Assembly (NCBI GenBank): GCA_017397075.1
Contig: JAFQKD010000081.1
Location: forward strand, 1-48,407
Length of the DNA: 48,407 bases
Direction: 5' to 3'
DNA from: Oscillospiraceae bacterium
Lineage (GTDB): Bacteria > Bacillota > Clostridia > Oscillospirales > Oscillospiraceae
Below, in pieces: positions 27,023 to 35,273 of the stretch. The number at the start of each line of letters is the position of its first letter. The stretch's first letter is position 1. The notes under the pieces were generated by a model. The model was not told the DNA's origin and ran no database searches. It saw nothing but the letters and a program-made list of their open reading frames with translations. The position numbers and the translations under genes were made by a program.

Positions 27023-27050
27023 ATTATACACCCATTCCCCGCAAATTCAA
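27023..27050 (-). promoter_or_regulatory. Sigma-A-type promoter (extended -10) of the COG0523 operon
   Basis: On the - strand: TTGAAT, 16-nt spacer, TG-TATAAT. Confidence 0.6.
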
Positions 27051-27053
27051 GCA

Positions 27054-27082
27054 TTTCCCTTTCGGGGGATTTTGTGGTATAA
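27054..27082 (+). promoter_or_regulatory. Divergent extended -10 promoter for gene 27111-27620
   Basis: TGGTATAAT (27074-27082) with a weak -35 TTTCCC 17 nt upstream. Confidence 0.45.
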
Positions 27083-27110
27083 TGGCTGTGTCACAGAAAG
27101 GAGCGGTCTC

Positions 27111-27620
27111 ATGGCAGGACGGGTAAAAAAGCAAAAACTCACGGGCATGATCCTCTTTCTTATCGGTATTGTCTTTGTCGCCTTTATGATCGCCGCCCTT
27201 GTATGGATGCTGGCACTGCAGAAGCAGTGGACGGATTTCAAGATTGATTTTGCGGAGGCTGCAGCAGAGGGAGCGGCTGAAAGTTCCGTCACGGTTACCG
27301 ACGGAAATGATCTTTACATTCTCCATCCGGAAAACTGCCAGTGGTTCACCTCTCAGGTCATTGCCGCAAAGCAGCTGCCCTTTCAGCGGAAAAATCCGGA
27401 GCATTATGACCTCACCCTGACCTTCCCCAACGGAAGCTTTATGGAGCTAACGGGACGGGAGGACGGCGGCGTTCTTTTGCGGTATTCGACGGCATCGGGC
27501 GAGAATTACCGCTTCTCTTTGGGCGAGCTTGCCCAGTGGGACACCTACTATGCCCTCCTCACCGAAGGCTTCGCCTACAAAAACACCTTTGCCTCACCGG
27601 ATGCGATGCTGATCCAGTAA
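27111..27620 (+). CDS. Hypothetical membrane-anchored protein
   Basis: ORF 27072-27620. ATG at 27111 follows AAAGGAG. Single N-terminal TM (GMILFLIGIVFVAFMIAALVWML). No family recognised. Confidence 0.55.
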   Translation: MAGRVKKQKLTGMILFLIGIVFVAFMIAALVWMLALQKQWTDFKIDFAEAAAEGAAESSVTVTDGNDLYILHPENCQWFTSQVIAAKQLPFQRKNPEHYDLTLTFPNGSFMELTGREDGGVLLRYSTASGENYRFSLGELAQWDTYYALLTEGFAYKNTFASPDAMLIQ

Positions 27621-27650
27621 AAAGAAGCGTGTCTGTGACACGCTTCTTTT
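27620..27650. terminator. Bidirectional intrinsic terminator
   Basis: AAAAGAAGCGTGTC-TGT-GACACGCTTCTTTT between convergent stops at 27620 and 27651. Confidence 0.85.
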
Positions 27651-28217
27651 TTATCCCCGCACGATGGGCTGCAGCTGCCGGCCTTCCATTGCAGCGGATA
27701 TCGTTTCACAAAGCAGTGTCAGATCCGCTGTCAGCGACCGGGGCTTCTTTTCCGGGTCATCCTGACGGAAGGGCACGATGTAAATGTGCCGTCTGTTCAA
27801 AAGCAGACCCAGATTTGCCGCCGAGCCGGAAAGCCCGTCATTTGTGGAGGGGGCAAGGATCACAGGTCTCCCGTTTCTCAGCTGGGATTTGGCCGCCATG
27901 GTCACCGCCGTATCGTTTACGCCTCCGGCGATCTTTGCCATGGTGTTTCCTGTACAGGGGCAGATCACAAGGGCATCAAAAAGCTTTTTCGGCCCGATGG
28001 GCTCCGCTTGGGCAATGGTGGTGATGGCAGGCACACCGCAGATTTCTTCCGCTTCCCGGACAAAATCCGCAGCCTTCCCGAAGCGGGTATCCATCGTTGC
28101 CGCATGCTCCGAAAAGACCGGCACGGCGCTGCCGAAGGTCTCCTTCACAGACCGAAGCGCCTCCATGGCTGCCCGGAAAGTGCAGAAGGAGCCCGTAAAT
28201 GCAAAACCCACCGTCAC
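27651..28217 (-). CDS. dpaB: Dipicolinate synthase subunit B (flavoprotein)
   Basis: MTVGFAFTGSFCTF N-terminus and PCTGNTMAKIAGG motif. GTG start overlapping the dpaA stop (GTGA). Confidence 0.85.
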   Translation of the reverse strand: MTVGFAFTGSFCTFRAAMEALRSVKETFGSAVPVFSEHAATMDTRFGKAADFVREAEEICGVPAITTIAQAEPIGPKKLFDALVICPCTGNTMAKIAGGVNDTAVTMAAKSQLRNGRPVILAPSTNDGLSGSAANLGLLLNRRHIYIVPFRQDDPEKKPRSLTADLTLLCETISAAMEGRQLQPIVRG

Positions 28218-29083
28218 AGCGCATCACCGCCTTCCCGCAGGATATTGTAGACCGCCTCCCGTATGGCGGCGGCTGCGGCTCTCGGCGCAACTTCCCCCGG
28301 AAGTCCGAGGGCCCATACCGCCCGCAATCCCAAACGGGACGCCGCGGCGAAATCCAGTCCCCCGGGTTTGGAGGCAAGATCGATGCAGACGCAGTCCTGC
28401 CGCAGCCGCATAAGCCGTGCTTCATCCAGAACCAGCGCCGGGACGGTATTTACCACCGCATCAAAGCTGCCAAGCACATCCTCCAGCGCCCCCGTTTCCG
28501 CCGGTGTGTATCCCATGGCACGGATCCATGCGATATCGGCGCATTTCCGCGCAGAAACGGTGACCTCCGCTCCCATGGCGCGAAGTCTGTGGGCGGTGAG
28601 CTTTCCGATGCGCCCGTAACCGATCACCAGCACCCGAAGTCCCAGAATACAGGCATCCGTCTCCTCCATAAGAAGCTGGATCGCCCCTTCGGCAGTTGCT
28701 GCGGCATTTGCCACGATGAGCTCCTCCCGGAGGAAGTAATCCGTAAGGCGGCTTTCCGCCTTTCTCGCCGCCTGAGCAAGATCCGGGGTAATGCGTCCCG
28801 CAAGCACAGGGCAGCCAAGCTCCACCGCCTGCAGCGCAGCCTCACAGGGAAGGATCCTGCTGCTGAGGGGGGAGGTCACGCTCCCCTGCCCGTTTGTGGC
28901 AGGCAGCGGCAGAAGCACAGCCGCGGCGCCACTGCAGGCTTCCTGCAGAGTCTCCGACTGGATGACCCCCGGCTCCGGCGGCATACGGTCCATACCGAAC
29001 ACATGCACCGAATGACCATCCGCCGCCAAAAGTCCGGTAAGCTTCAGGATCCGCATATCGCCCCCAAGGACGGCAAATTTCAT
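28214..29083 (-). CDS. dpaA: Dipicolinate synthase subunit A
   Basis: ORF extends to 29116. ATG at 29083 follows GGAGAGGGTG. Starts MKFAVLGGDMR. Rossmann motif VIGYGRIGK. Confidence 0.85.
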   Translation of the reverse strand: MKFAVLGGDMRILKLTGLLAADGHSVHVFGMDRMPPEPGVIQSETLQEACSGAAAVLLPLPATNGQGSVTSPLSSRILPCEAALQAVELGCPVLAGRITPDLAQAARKAESRLTDYFLREELIVANAAATAEGAIQLLMEETDACILGLRVLVIGYGRIGKLTAHRLRAMGAEVTVSARKCADIAWIRAMGYTPAETGALEDVLGSFDAVVNTVPALVLDEARLMRLRQDCVCIDLASKPGGLDFAAASRLGLRAVWALGLPGEVAPRAAAAAIREAVYNILREGGDAL

Positions 29084-29118
29084 GAAAACACCCTCTCCAT
29101 TCACGATTTGCCTCATTC

Positions 29119-29141
29119 TATGAGCAGGAGGCGAAAAGTGT
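29119..29141 (-). promoter_or_regulatory. Possible sigma-K-type sporulation promoter upstream of dpaA
   Basis: On the - strand: AC, 17-nt spacer, CATAGAATG, which resembles AC-N17-CATA---TA. B. subtilis spoVF is sigma-K dependent. Confidence 0.3.
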
Positions 29142-29156
29142 GCGGAGAGAGCAAAC

Positions 29157-29181
29157 CACCCTGAAACCGAGTTTCAGGGTG
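29157..29181 (-). terminator. Intrinsic terminator after the S4-domain gene
   Basis: 11-bp stem CACCCTGAAAC / GTTTCAGGGTG. Followed by GTTTG on the - strand and TTTTCC on the + strand. Confidence 0.7.
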
Positions 29182-29191
29182 TTTTCCGCAG

Positions 29192-29434
29192 TTATACCAG
29201 CTCCCGGTACATGCCGGCGGCATCCGCCTTCAGGGCGTGCTCACTGACAGCGACCACTTCCACCTTCAGCGTGCGGGTGCCGAAACGGATCTCGATCACA
29301 TCGCCCACCTTCACATCGTAGGAAGCCTTGGCAGGCCGACCGTTCACGGACACATGCTCCGTATCGCAGGCTTCGTTTGCCACGGTGCGGCGCTTGATGA
29401 GCCGGGAGACCTTCAGGTATTTATCCAGCCGCAT
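29192..29434 (-). CDS. yabO: S4-domain RNA-binding protein (YabO/Hsp15-like)
   Basis: MRLDKYLKVSRLIKRRTVA is the S4 motif. 80 aa. Confidence 0.85.
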   Translation of the reverse strand: MRLDKYLKVSRLIKRRTVANEACDTEHVSVNGRPAKASYDVKVGDVIEIRFGTRTLKVEVVAVSEHALKADAAGMYRELV

Positions 29435-29437
29435 ACC

Positions 29438-29713
29438 TTACTTTTCCAGAACCTTCTTGAGACCTGCGCCGGCATGGAAGGAGACAGCCTTGCTCTCGGG
29501 CAGGGTCACAGTCTCGCCGGTGCGGGGGTTGCGGGCGGTACGGGCAGCGCGGTTCTTCACCTCGAAGGAGCCGAAGCCCATAAGAGCCACCTTCTCCTCC
29601 TGAGAAAGGGCATCCTGAATGCTCTCCAGCACAGCGTCCAGAGCAAGGGCGCAATCCTTCTTGGTAAGGCCGGTACGGGCAGCCATCTTTTCGGTCAGTT
29701 CAGTCTTGTTCAT
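29438..29713 (-). CDS. hup: HU-family DNA-binding protein
   Basis: MNKTELTEKMA...GFGSFEVKNRAARTARNPRTGE is canonical HU. Confidence 0.93.
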   Translation of the reverse strand: MNKTELTEKMAARTGLTKKDCALALDAVLESIQDALSQEEKVALMGFGSFEVKNRAARTARNPRTGETVTLPESKAVSFHAGAGLKKVLEK

Positions 29714-30417
29714 TTGTTCCTCTCACTTTCATAGGTTTTAAATCTCTGGATAAACGCGCTGTTTTCTGCGTTCAGCGCATCCTCCGGGTCGATTTCGGAA
29801 ATTTGTGCCAGCCGCACAAGGGAAAAGAGCAGGGGACCCACAAGCGCCTTGTCTGTCCCTCCGTTTTCCAGTGCATCCGCTGCGCTGCGGAAAGCGGCGG
29901 CGATATCTTCGGCAGATCCCAGAGCAAAACCGGCTTTTCCCGCCTTGCTCTGCAGCTTATCTGCCCGCCAAAGTGCGGGAAGAGTTTTGGACACCGCCTC
30001 AAGGGAGCCAGTCACGGTGCTGTCCTTCCGCTCGGTACGCTTCACCGCTTCCCATGTGGCAAGGGTGGCTTCCACGCCGGGGTTCGGTTCCGGGGCAAAT
30101 ACATGGGGATGCCGCCGCAGAAGCTTGCGGCAGGTACCGTCGGTCACATCCTCCAGATCAAAATTTCCCTGCTCCGCTTCCATGTCCGCATGGAAAAGCA
30201 CCTGCAAAAGAACGTCCCCCAGTTCCTCAATGAGATGCTCCCGGTCATTTTCATCGATGGCCTCCGCCGCCTCATAGGCTTCCTCAATGAGGTTTCTGCG
30301 GATGCTCTCATGGGTCTGCTCCCGATCCCACGGGCACCCCTCCGGGCTTCGCAGAAGTGTCACCAGATGCCGCAGATCTTCTATCGTATATTTCTCTTTT
30401 TCAGGAAAAGTAAGCAT
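29710..30417 (-). CDS. mazG: MazG-family nucleoside triphosphate pyrophosphohydrolase
   Basis: LRSPEGCPWDREQTHESIRRNLIEEAYE and EELGDVLLQV motifs. ATGA overlap with hup. Confidence 0.88.
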   Translation of the reverse strand: MLTFPEKEKYTIEDLRHLVTLLRSPEGCPWDREQTHESIRRNLIEEAYEAAEAIDENDREHLIEELGDVLLQVLFHADMEAEQGNFDLEDVTDGTCRKLLRRHPHVFAPEPNPGVEATLATWEAVKRTERKDSTVTGSLEAVSKTLPALWRADKLQSKAGKAGFALGSAEDIAAAFRSAADALENGGTDKALVGPLLFSLVRLAQISEIDPEDALNAENSAFIQRFKTYESERNK

Positions 30418-30430
30418 AGTTTATCCTCAA

Positions 30431-32050
30431 TTATCGAATTTTCAGCTTGTCTGCGATCTTTTCGCCCTTTGGCAGAAGGAGAAGATCTTCCCTTGTAATG
30501 GCCTTCAGACAGATCACAAGCACCCCATAGACTGCCACGGCGACAATGACCGCACCGAAGAGACACACAGCCGCTGCAAGTCCGCCGCCTCCGAGCCGTT
30601 CAAAGAGGAGGGCAGTGCAAAGCCCATGGACTCCCCATGCCGCTGCCGCCATAATGACCGTGCAGACCAGAGGACGCAGGAACATCCTGCCGAAACGCAG
30701 AGACTCTCTGGTTTTCACCCGGATGTACGTCAGGTTTGCGACGGAAATGAAGAGATAGCAGGCAATGTTGCTGATGGGCGCGCCGAGGATATGCACGTTT
30801 TCGCTTCCCGCAAGCCACCAGTCAAGGGCGACCTTAATGAGGCTTCCCGTGACAGAGGTAATGAGCAGCACCTTTTCATAGCCACTTGCCTGCAGAAAGC
30901 AGCTGCTCATAAGCTCCAGACACAGGAAATATGCCGCAAAGGACAGAATCTGCAGCAGCAGAGGACCGATCTCATGGCTGTCCGGGAAAAGCACACCGAA
31001 AATGGGTGCTGCAAGGATGCACATACCCGCACAGGCGGGCATGGCAATGAGGTTCATGACCCGGGTGGAGGATTCCATCACGTTTCTTGCCTCCTGCCGC
31101 TTCCCAACGGCAAGGGCCGCTGCGATGGAGGGCACAACGCTTACGGAGAGCGGCACCACAAAGGCACTGGGAAGATTAAACAGGGTAAGTCCCTTGGAAT
31201 ACACGCCGTAAAGGATCTTTGCCTGGAAGAAGGAGAAGCCCGCACCGTTCTGCAGACGGTCATACAGGACGCTTGTGTCGATGACGGAGATGATGCTTGC
31301 AAGGGAGGAGGAAAGGGTAATGGGAATGCTGACCTTAAGAATCTGCGCCGCAGTCTGCCGTCTCGTCAGCATGGCTTCGGGAACACCTCTTCCATCCGGG
31401 CCATAGCGGTACATCCGCATGCAGTAGATCACAAGCACCGGTACCGCAATACCGAGCCCCACCGTAACGCCCACGATGGCGCCGGCGGAAACATCCGCAG
31501 AGGATGCCCCCATACGCAGAAGCTGCCATGCCACAGCAAGACCGATAATGAGCTTTCCGAGAACCTCAAGGATCTGGGAAATGGCAGTGGGGATCATATT
31601 GGAATGTCCCTGCGTATAACCGCGGTAAACGGAGATCACACAGGAAAAGGTCACCGCCGGGGCAAGAACACGGATGCAGTTTGCGATCTCATGGTCGCCG
31701 ATAACATCGGCAAAAAACTGGGGCCAGATGAGCATGGCTGCCGTGCCCGCCACGCCGATGGCAGTGAAAACCATAAGTCCCACCCGCAGATATCTGCGGA
31801 CCTGCCCGCGTCCCCCGTTTGCAAGGGAGGCGGAGACAAGGCGGGACACTGCTGCGGGAATACCGGCAGTGGACACCGCCAGAAGGAAGTTATAGATCTG
31901 GTAGGCTGCATTGAAGTGGGCGGAGCCCTCGTCGCCAAGCAGATTCAAAAGCGGGATCTTATAGATGGCACCGATGATCTTTACCAGCATCACCGTTGCC
32001 GCAAGAACTGCCGCCCCGCTGAGAAAATTCTGTTTTCGCTGCTGCGCCAA
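30431..32050 (-). CDS. MOP-superfamily flippase, SpoVB/YabM-like
   Basis: ORF extends to 32092 (ATG, no SD). I prefer the TTG at 32050, which has GGGAAAGGGGG 7 nt upstream and gives MAQQRKQNFLSGAAVLAATVMLVKIIGAIYKIPL, the typical N-terminus of this family. About 14 TM segments. Confidence 0.8.
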   Translation of the reverse strand: MAQQRKQNFLSGAAVLAATVMLVKIIGAIYKIPLLNLLGDEGSAHFNAAYQIYNFLLAVSTAGIPAAVSRLVSASLANGGRGQVRRYLRVGLMVFTAIGVAGTAAMLIWPQFFADVIGDHEIANCIRVLAPAVTFSCVISVYRGYTQGHSNMIPTAISQILEVLGKLIIGLAVAWQLLRMGASSADVSAGAIVGVTVGLGIAVPVLVIYCMRMYRYGPDGRGVPEAMLTRRQTAAQILKVSIPITLSSSLASIISVIDTSVLYDRLQNGAGFSFFQAKILYGVYSKGLTLFNLPSAFVVPLSVSVVPSIAAALAVGKRQEARNVMESSTRVMNLIAMPACAGMCILAAPIFGVLFPDSHEIGPLLLQILSFAAYFLCLELMSSCFLQASGYEKVLLITSVTGSLIKVALDWWLAGSENVHILGAPISNIACYLFISVANLTYIRVKTRESLRFGRMFLRPLVCTVIMAAAAWGVHGLCTALLFERLGGGGLAAAVCLFGAVIVAVAVYGVLVICLKAITREDLLLLPKGEKIADKLKIR

Positions 32051-32127
32051 GAAGACGCCCCCTTTCCCGGAATTCACCGGATATTCACGCATTTTGCAGG
32101 AATAATCCGGCTTGTTAACATAACCGA

Positions 32128-32184
32128 TGTGGACAAAACTGTGGAAAATGTGGAAAACGCCGAAAAATTCCCGGTTTTTCCACC
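32128..32184. promoter_or_regulatory. DnaA-box cluster (three tandem boxes plus one weaker inverted box)
   Basis: TGTGGACAA (32128-32136), TGTGGAAAA (32140-32148) and TGTGGAAAA (32149-32157) are each 1 mismatch from TGTGGATAA. TTTTCCACC (32176-32184) has 2 mismatches to TTATCCACA. Confidence 0.55.
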
Positions 32185-32282
32185 GTTTTTGGAAATAACG
32201 ATTATGGCACCTTCCTCATTATGCAGGATTTTCTGCATTTTCCCATCAAAAGCATTGTACGCCGCCGGGAAGGAATTCATTC

Positions 32283-33281
32283 TCAGATACGGCTTTTTTT
32301 CTGCAGACGGATATCCTGTCCGCGGAAGCGCAGCACCATATACTCCCCGGCAATGCGGGAATAGATCTGGGGAGAGTAGCGGCTGCGGATATCCTCAAGG
32401 GTGAGATTCGTGCTGATGATGGTCTGCTTTCCTGCGGCAAGCCTGCCGTTTACAAGGCTGTACAGCGCGCTTGTGACAAAAGAAGTGGTCATCTCCGTGC
32501 CGAGGTCATCCAGAATGAGAAGGTCGCAGTTCATGTATCGGCGCAGGTCATCCCGGATCGAATCCGGATCCCCCCCTCTGCCGAAATGCTCCTGCTCAAA
32601 GCGGGAGAAGATATTCACCGCCGTGTCATACACCACGGAAAAGCCCTGCTCGGAAACCTCGCGGGCAATACAGGTGGAAAGGAAGGTCTTTCCCAGACCT
32701 GTTCCCCCGGTAAAGAGCATGCTCTTATGGTCTTTTCCGAAGCCTCTTGCATACTGCAGACAGCTTTCGTAGGCAAGCTCCATCAGCTCCCGGGGACGGA
32801 TGCCGTCGGGATCCGGCTTTGCGCTGTACCAATCCAGATCGAAGCTATCGAAGGTCTCCTCCCCCATTTTGAGGAGAGAGGAAAGCTCCTTCTGCTGCTC
32901 TTCCCGATAGAGAAGCTTCAGACATCCGCAGGTCTCCCCGCCGGGAAGCAGTCCCGTATCCCGGCATTTGGGGCAGTACGGCTTCTCCTCCAGATAGTCT
33001 GCAGGATACCCCGCGCTGACAAGCTCTCTTGTACGCTCTTCCTGAAGATCCAGATTCTGCTCCCGGATGCGGGCAATGGCCTCCAGTGCATGAGGGTCTT
33101 TGGACATGGTGAGGGACACGGTCTGCAGCATGGTGGCGCGAAGCTGCCTGTCCAGCTGCTCGATTTTCGGGATCCTGCGGTAGATCTCCTGTGTCCGCCT
33201 GTCAAGTCCGTCAGAAGCTTCCTGCCGCCGGGCATCCAGACGCACTCTTGCACGGCGCATGATCTTTCCGTCTACAGACAT
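32283..33281 (-). CDS. DnaC/DnaI-like helicase-loader AAA+ ATPase with an N-terminal zinc motif
   Basis: CPKCRDTGLL...CGC. Walker A GGTGLGKTF and Walker B LLILDDLGTE. Start is uncertain (33281 or 33260). Confidence 0.8.
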   Translation of the reverse strand: MSVDGKIMRRARVRLDARRQEASDGLDRRTQEIYRRIPKIEQLDRQLRATMLQTVSLTMSKDPHALEAIARIREQNLDLQEERTRELVSAGYPADYLEEKPYCPKCRDTGLLPGGETCGCLKLLYREEQQKELSSLLKMGEETFDSFDLDWYSAKPDPDGIRPRELMELAYESCLQYARGFGKDHKSMLFTGGTGLGKTFLSTCIAREVSEQGFSVVYDTAVNIFSRFEQEHFGRGGDPDSIRDDLRRYMNCDLLILDDLGTEMTTSFVTSALYSLVNGRLAAGKQTIISTNLTLEDIRSRYSPQIYSRIAGEYMVLRFRGQDIRLQKKSRI

Positions 33282-33298
33282 ATTCTCCCGCCTTTCCC

Positions 33299-34261
33299 TT
33301 ACCGTCCGCCGCCCATACTGTTCAAAAAGCGGCGAAGCTCATCCAGTTCGTTCGTCTGCGCCCCGGTCTGGGCAGCGGGATCCTTTGCGGTCTGCTGCTG
33401 TGTCCGGGCTGCGGGGCGCGTATCCCCCGCTTCGATCTCCTCCACGGTACGAAAACCGTTCTGCTGCCAGTTTGTGAGGATGGAATCCATATACCTCCAG
33501 GCAAGCTTTCCCGTCTGCATCACGGTGCGGTCATAGGCCATACCGATGACCTCCGCGGAAAAGCCCATGCCGGACCATTTCTCGATGTATTTCTGCTCCG
33601 TGGGGGACGGCTCTCTGTCCCGAATGCCAAGGAGACGGCGAAGCTCAGCCTGAAGCCCCCGGCGTTCATCCATGACCTTGAGATAGCTTTCCGCCTGCTC
33701 AAGGGTGAATATCCCGGCATTGTGCCAGGTAAAGGCCGCCTTTTCCACATAGCCCATGGCGGGAAGACGGCTGCCGCCGTTTTTGCGCTGATACTCCTCA
33801 ATGCAGTGGGTCAGCAGCATGAGAATGACCTCCGGGGGCATCCCCAGAGAATCGTAAATGCCGAAAAGCTTTCTCAGTCCGTCGGAGGAAAGCAGCTTTC
33901 CATAGATCCGCTGCACCTCTTCCACAAGTCCCGCAAAGGCAGAACCGCTCTGCATTTCCCGATGGATATCGGCAGCAGAGTATTCGGGAAGCTCTTCCCG
34001 CTGCAGCGCAGGCACAGGTGCGGAAGGCGCCTCCACAAGGCCAAGACCTCCCAAAACTCCCATGGCGCGGCGGATCTCCTGCTCGGAGCAGCCAAGGGTC
34101 CCGGCCGCTGCGCCGTAGGAAAAGGCACCGCCGGAGGCCAGAATATGCAGATATAACAGGGCGGCATTTCCGTCCCGGGCAGCAATGAGAGCCCGGGCAT
34201 CCCGCCCGCTGATGCTTATGGTACCGCCGCCGGGCAGCACATTTGTCATTTCGTCTCTCAC
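33299..34261 (-). CDS. DnaD-domain replication initiation protein (DnaB/DnaD-like)
   Basis: Two DnaD-like repeats (LGMPPEVILMLLTHCIE; MGFSAEVIGMAYDRTV...ILTNWQQNGFRTVEEI). GTG at 34261, or alternatively ATG at 34249. Confidence 0.8.
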   Translation of the reverse strand: MRDEMTNVLPGGGTISISGRDARALIAARDGNAALLYLHILASGGAFSYGAAAGTLGCSEQEIRRAMGVLGGLGLVEAPSAPVPALQREELPEYSAADIHREMQSGSAFAGLVEEVQRIYGKLLSSDGLRKLFGIYDSLGMPPEVILMLLTHCIEEYQRKNGGSRLPAMGYVEKAAFTWHNAGIFTLEQAESYLKVMDERRGLQAELRRLLGIRDREPSPTEQKYIEKWSGMGFSAEVIGMAYDRTVMQTGKLAWRYMDSILTNWQQNGFRTVEEIEAGDTRPAARTQQQTAKDPAAQTGAQTNELDELRRFLNSMGGGR

Positions 34262-34421
34262 AGCCGTCTCTCTTTCTCCTGTGTAAATCCCGAATGGAAA
34301 GGAAGTATATTATAGCATAATCCGGCCTCCGTGGCAACGGCAGCCGCCCACATTTCCCTTGCATCATGGTGGAAAAATCGGGGGAATTCTGCTATACTGT
34401 CTGAAAAACGCAACCGAAAGG

Positions 34422-34841
34422 ATGAAACGCAGCATGACAGCGGAAGCAGGCAAGCGTACCCTCCATGTGGCAGCAGCCCTCATTTGGCAGAAGGACAGGT
34501 TTCTCATCTGCCGCAGACCTCCGGAAAAATCCCGCGGTCTTGACTGGGAATTTGTAGGCGGCAAGCTGGAGCCGGGAGAAACCGGGGAAGAAGCCCTCAT
34601 CCGGGAATGCCGGGAGGAGCTGGATGTCACCGTTAAGCCGGGGGAAGTGTTCATGCGTCTGACCCACGAATACCCGGATGTATTTGTGGAGCTCACGCTG
34701 TATAACGCCGTCATCACCGAAGGCGCGCCAAAAATGCTGGAGCATGTGGGAATGTGCTGGATCACCCCCGAGGAGATCGACAGCTTCAAATTCTGCCCCG
34801 CAGATGCCGTCATTCTGGAAAAACTGAAGGGCAGCGCATAA
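34422..34841 (+). CDS. mutT: NUDIX hydrolase, MutT/(d)CTP pyrophosphohydrolase-like
   Basis: Nudix box GGKLEPGETGEEALIRECREELDV. ORF starts at 34359. Preferred ATG is 34422 (34434 is also possible). Extended -10 TGCTATACT at 34390-34398. Confidence 0.85.
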   Translation: MKRSMTAEAGKRTLHVAAALIWQKDRFLICRRPPEKSRGLDWEFVGGKLEPGETGEEALIRECREELDVTVKPGEVFMRLTHEYPDVFVELTLYNAVITEGAPKMLEHVGMCWITPEEIDSFKFCPADAVILEKLKGSA

Positions 34842-34844
34842 AGG

Positions 34845-34866
34845 AAGGAGAGCCATCAGCTCTCCT
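34845..34866 (+). repeat. 22-nt hairpin-forming boundary repeat, copy 1
   Basis: AAGGAGAGCCATCAGCTCTCCT. 21/22 identical to 35410-35431. 8-bp stem, no T-tract after it. Confidence 0.8.
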
Positions 34867-34998
34867 ATAGACATGATCTTCAAGATATCAACGAATTGCT
34901 GGATGGTTGATGAATCAATACGACAAGGTTCCGGCGCAAGCCGGAACACGGGATTGAGAGCGAAAAGGTCGGTTAGAACATAAACTTATCGCAGCCCC

Positions 34999-35016
34999 CG
35001 TCTCTTCGTCTTTCGT
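34999..35016 (+). repeat. Exact 18-nt direct repeat, copy 1 (CGTCTCTTCGTCTTTCGT)
   Basis: Identical to 35256-35273. Both copies are preceded by CCCCCG. Confidence 0.85.
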
Positions 35017-35255
35017 CCCCCGCCAGGAGAGTCTCGTCGTCGCGGATTCCATATCGCGCGCTTCGGCGCACACGCCAAAGCTTGTTCATTCCATCGCTCC
35101 TCCTCTCCAAACCGAACCCGCTTTGCTGGGCTTCGGTTTGGTTTCCTCTGGCCGCTTCAAGGGAGTTTCCAAAGAGGGGAAATACGGAATCCCCTCTTTG
35201 GTTGTTCTTTTGGATACTTTTCTGTCAACACAGAAAAGTATCACCCCCGTCCAAT

Positions 35256-35273
35256 CGTCTCTTCGTCTTTCGT
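35256..35273 (+). repeat. Exact 18-nt direct repeat, copy 2
   Basis: Identical to 34999-35016. Compared with copy 1, 8 extra nt (TCCAATCG) separate it from the CCCCCG. Confidence 0.85.

Noticed and set aside
26976-27110. Looked for a Zur/Fur-type operator at the COG0523 promoter
   Set aside because: Only an AT-rich ATAATTAT palindrome overlapping the -10 was found. It is a poor match to the TCGTAAT-N-ATTACGA-type Zur box as I remember it.
30287-32404. 705-aa ORF on the + strand. The same reasoning applies to 37122-38879, 7981-9594, 16994-18544, 25743-27023, 24712-25878, 45740-46849 and 1126-1989.
   Set aside because: All are antisense to confidently recognised genes (spoVB-like, guaB, glmM, M20, COG0523, etc.). 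They lack SD sequences and have a biased, repetitive amino-acid content.
34905-34985. Hammerhead-like GAUGA ... hairpin ... GAAA arrangement
   Set aside because: The conserved core elements are not adjacent to the stem as a hammerhead requires. There is no CUGA box and no plausible stem I/III.
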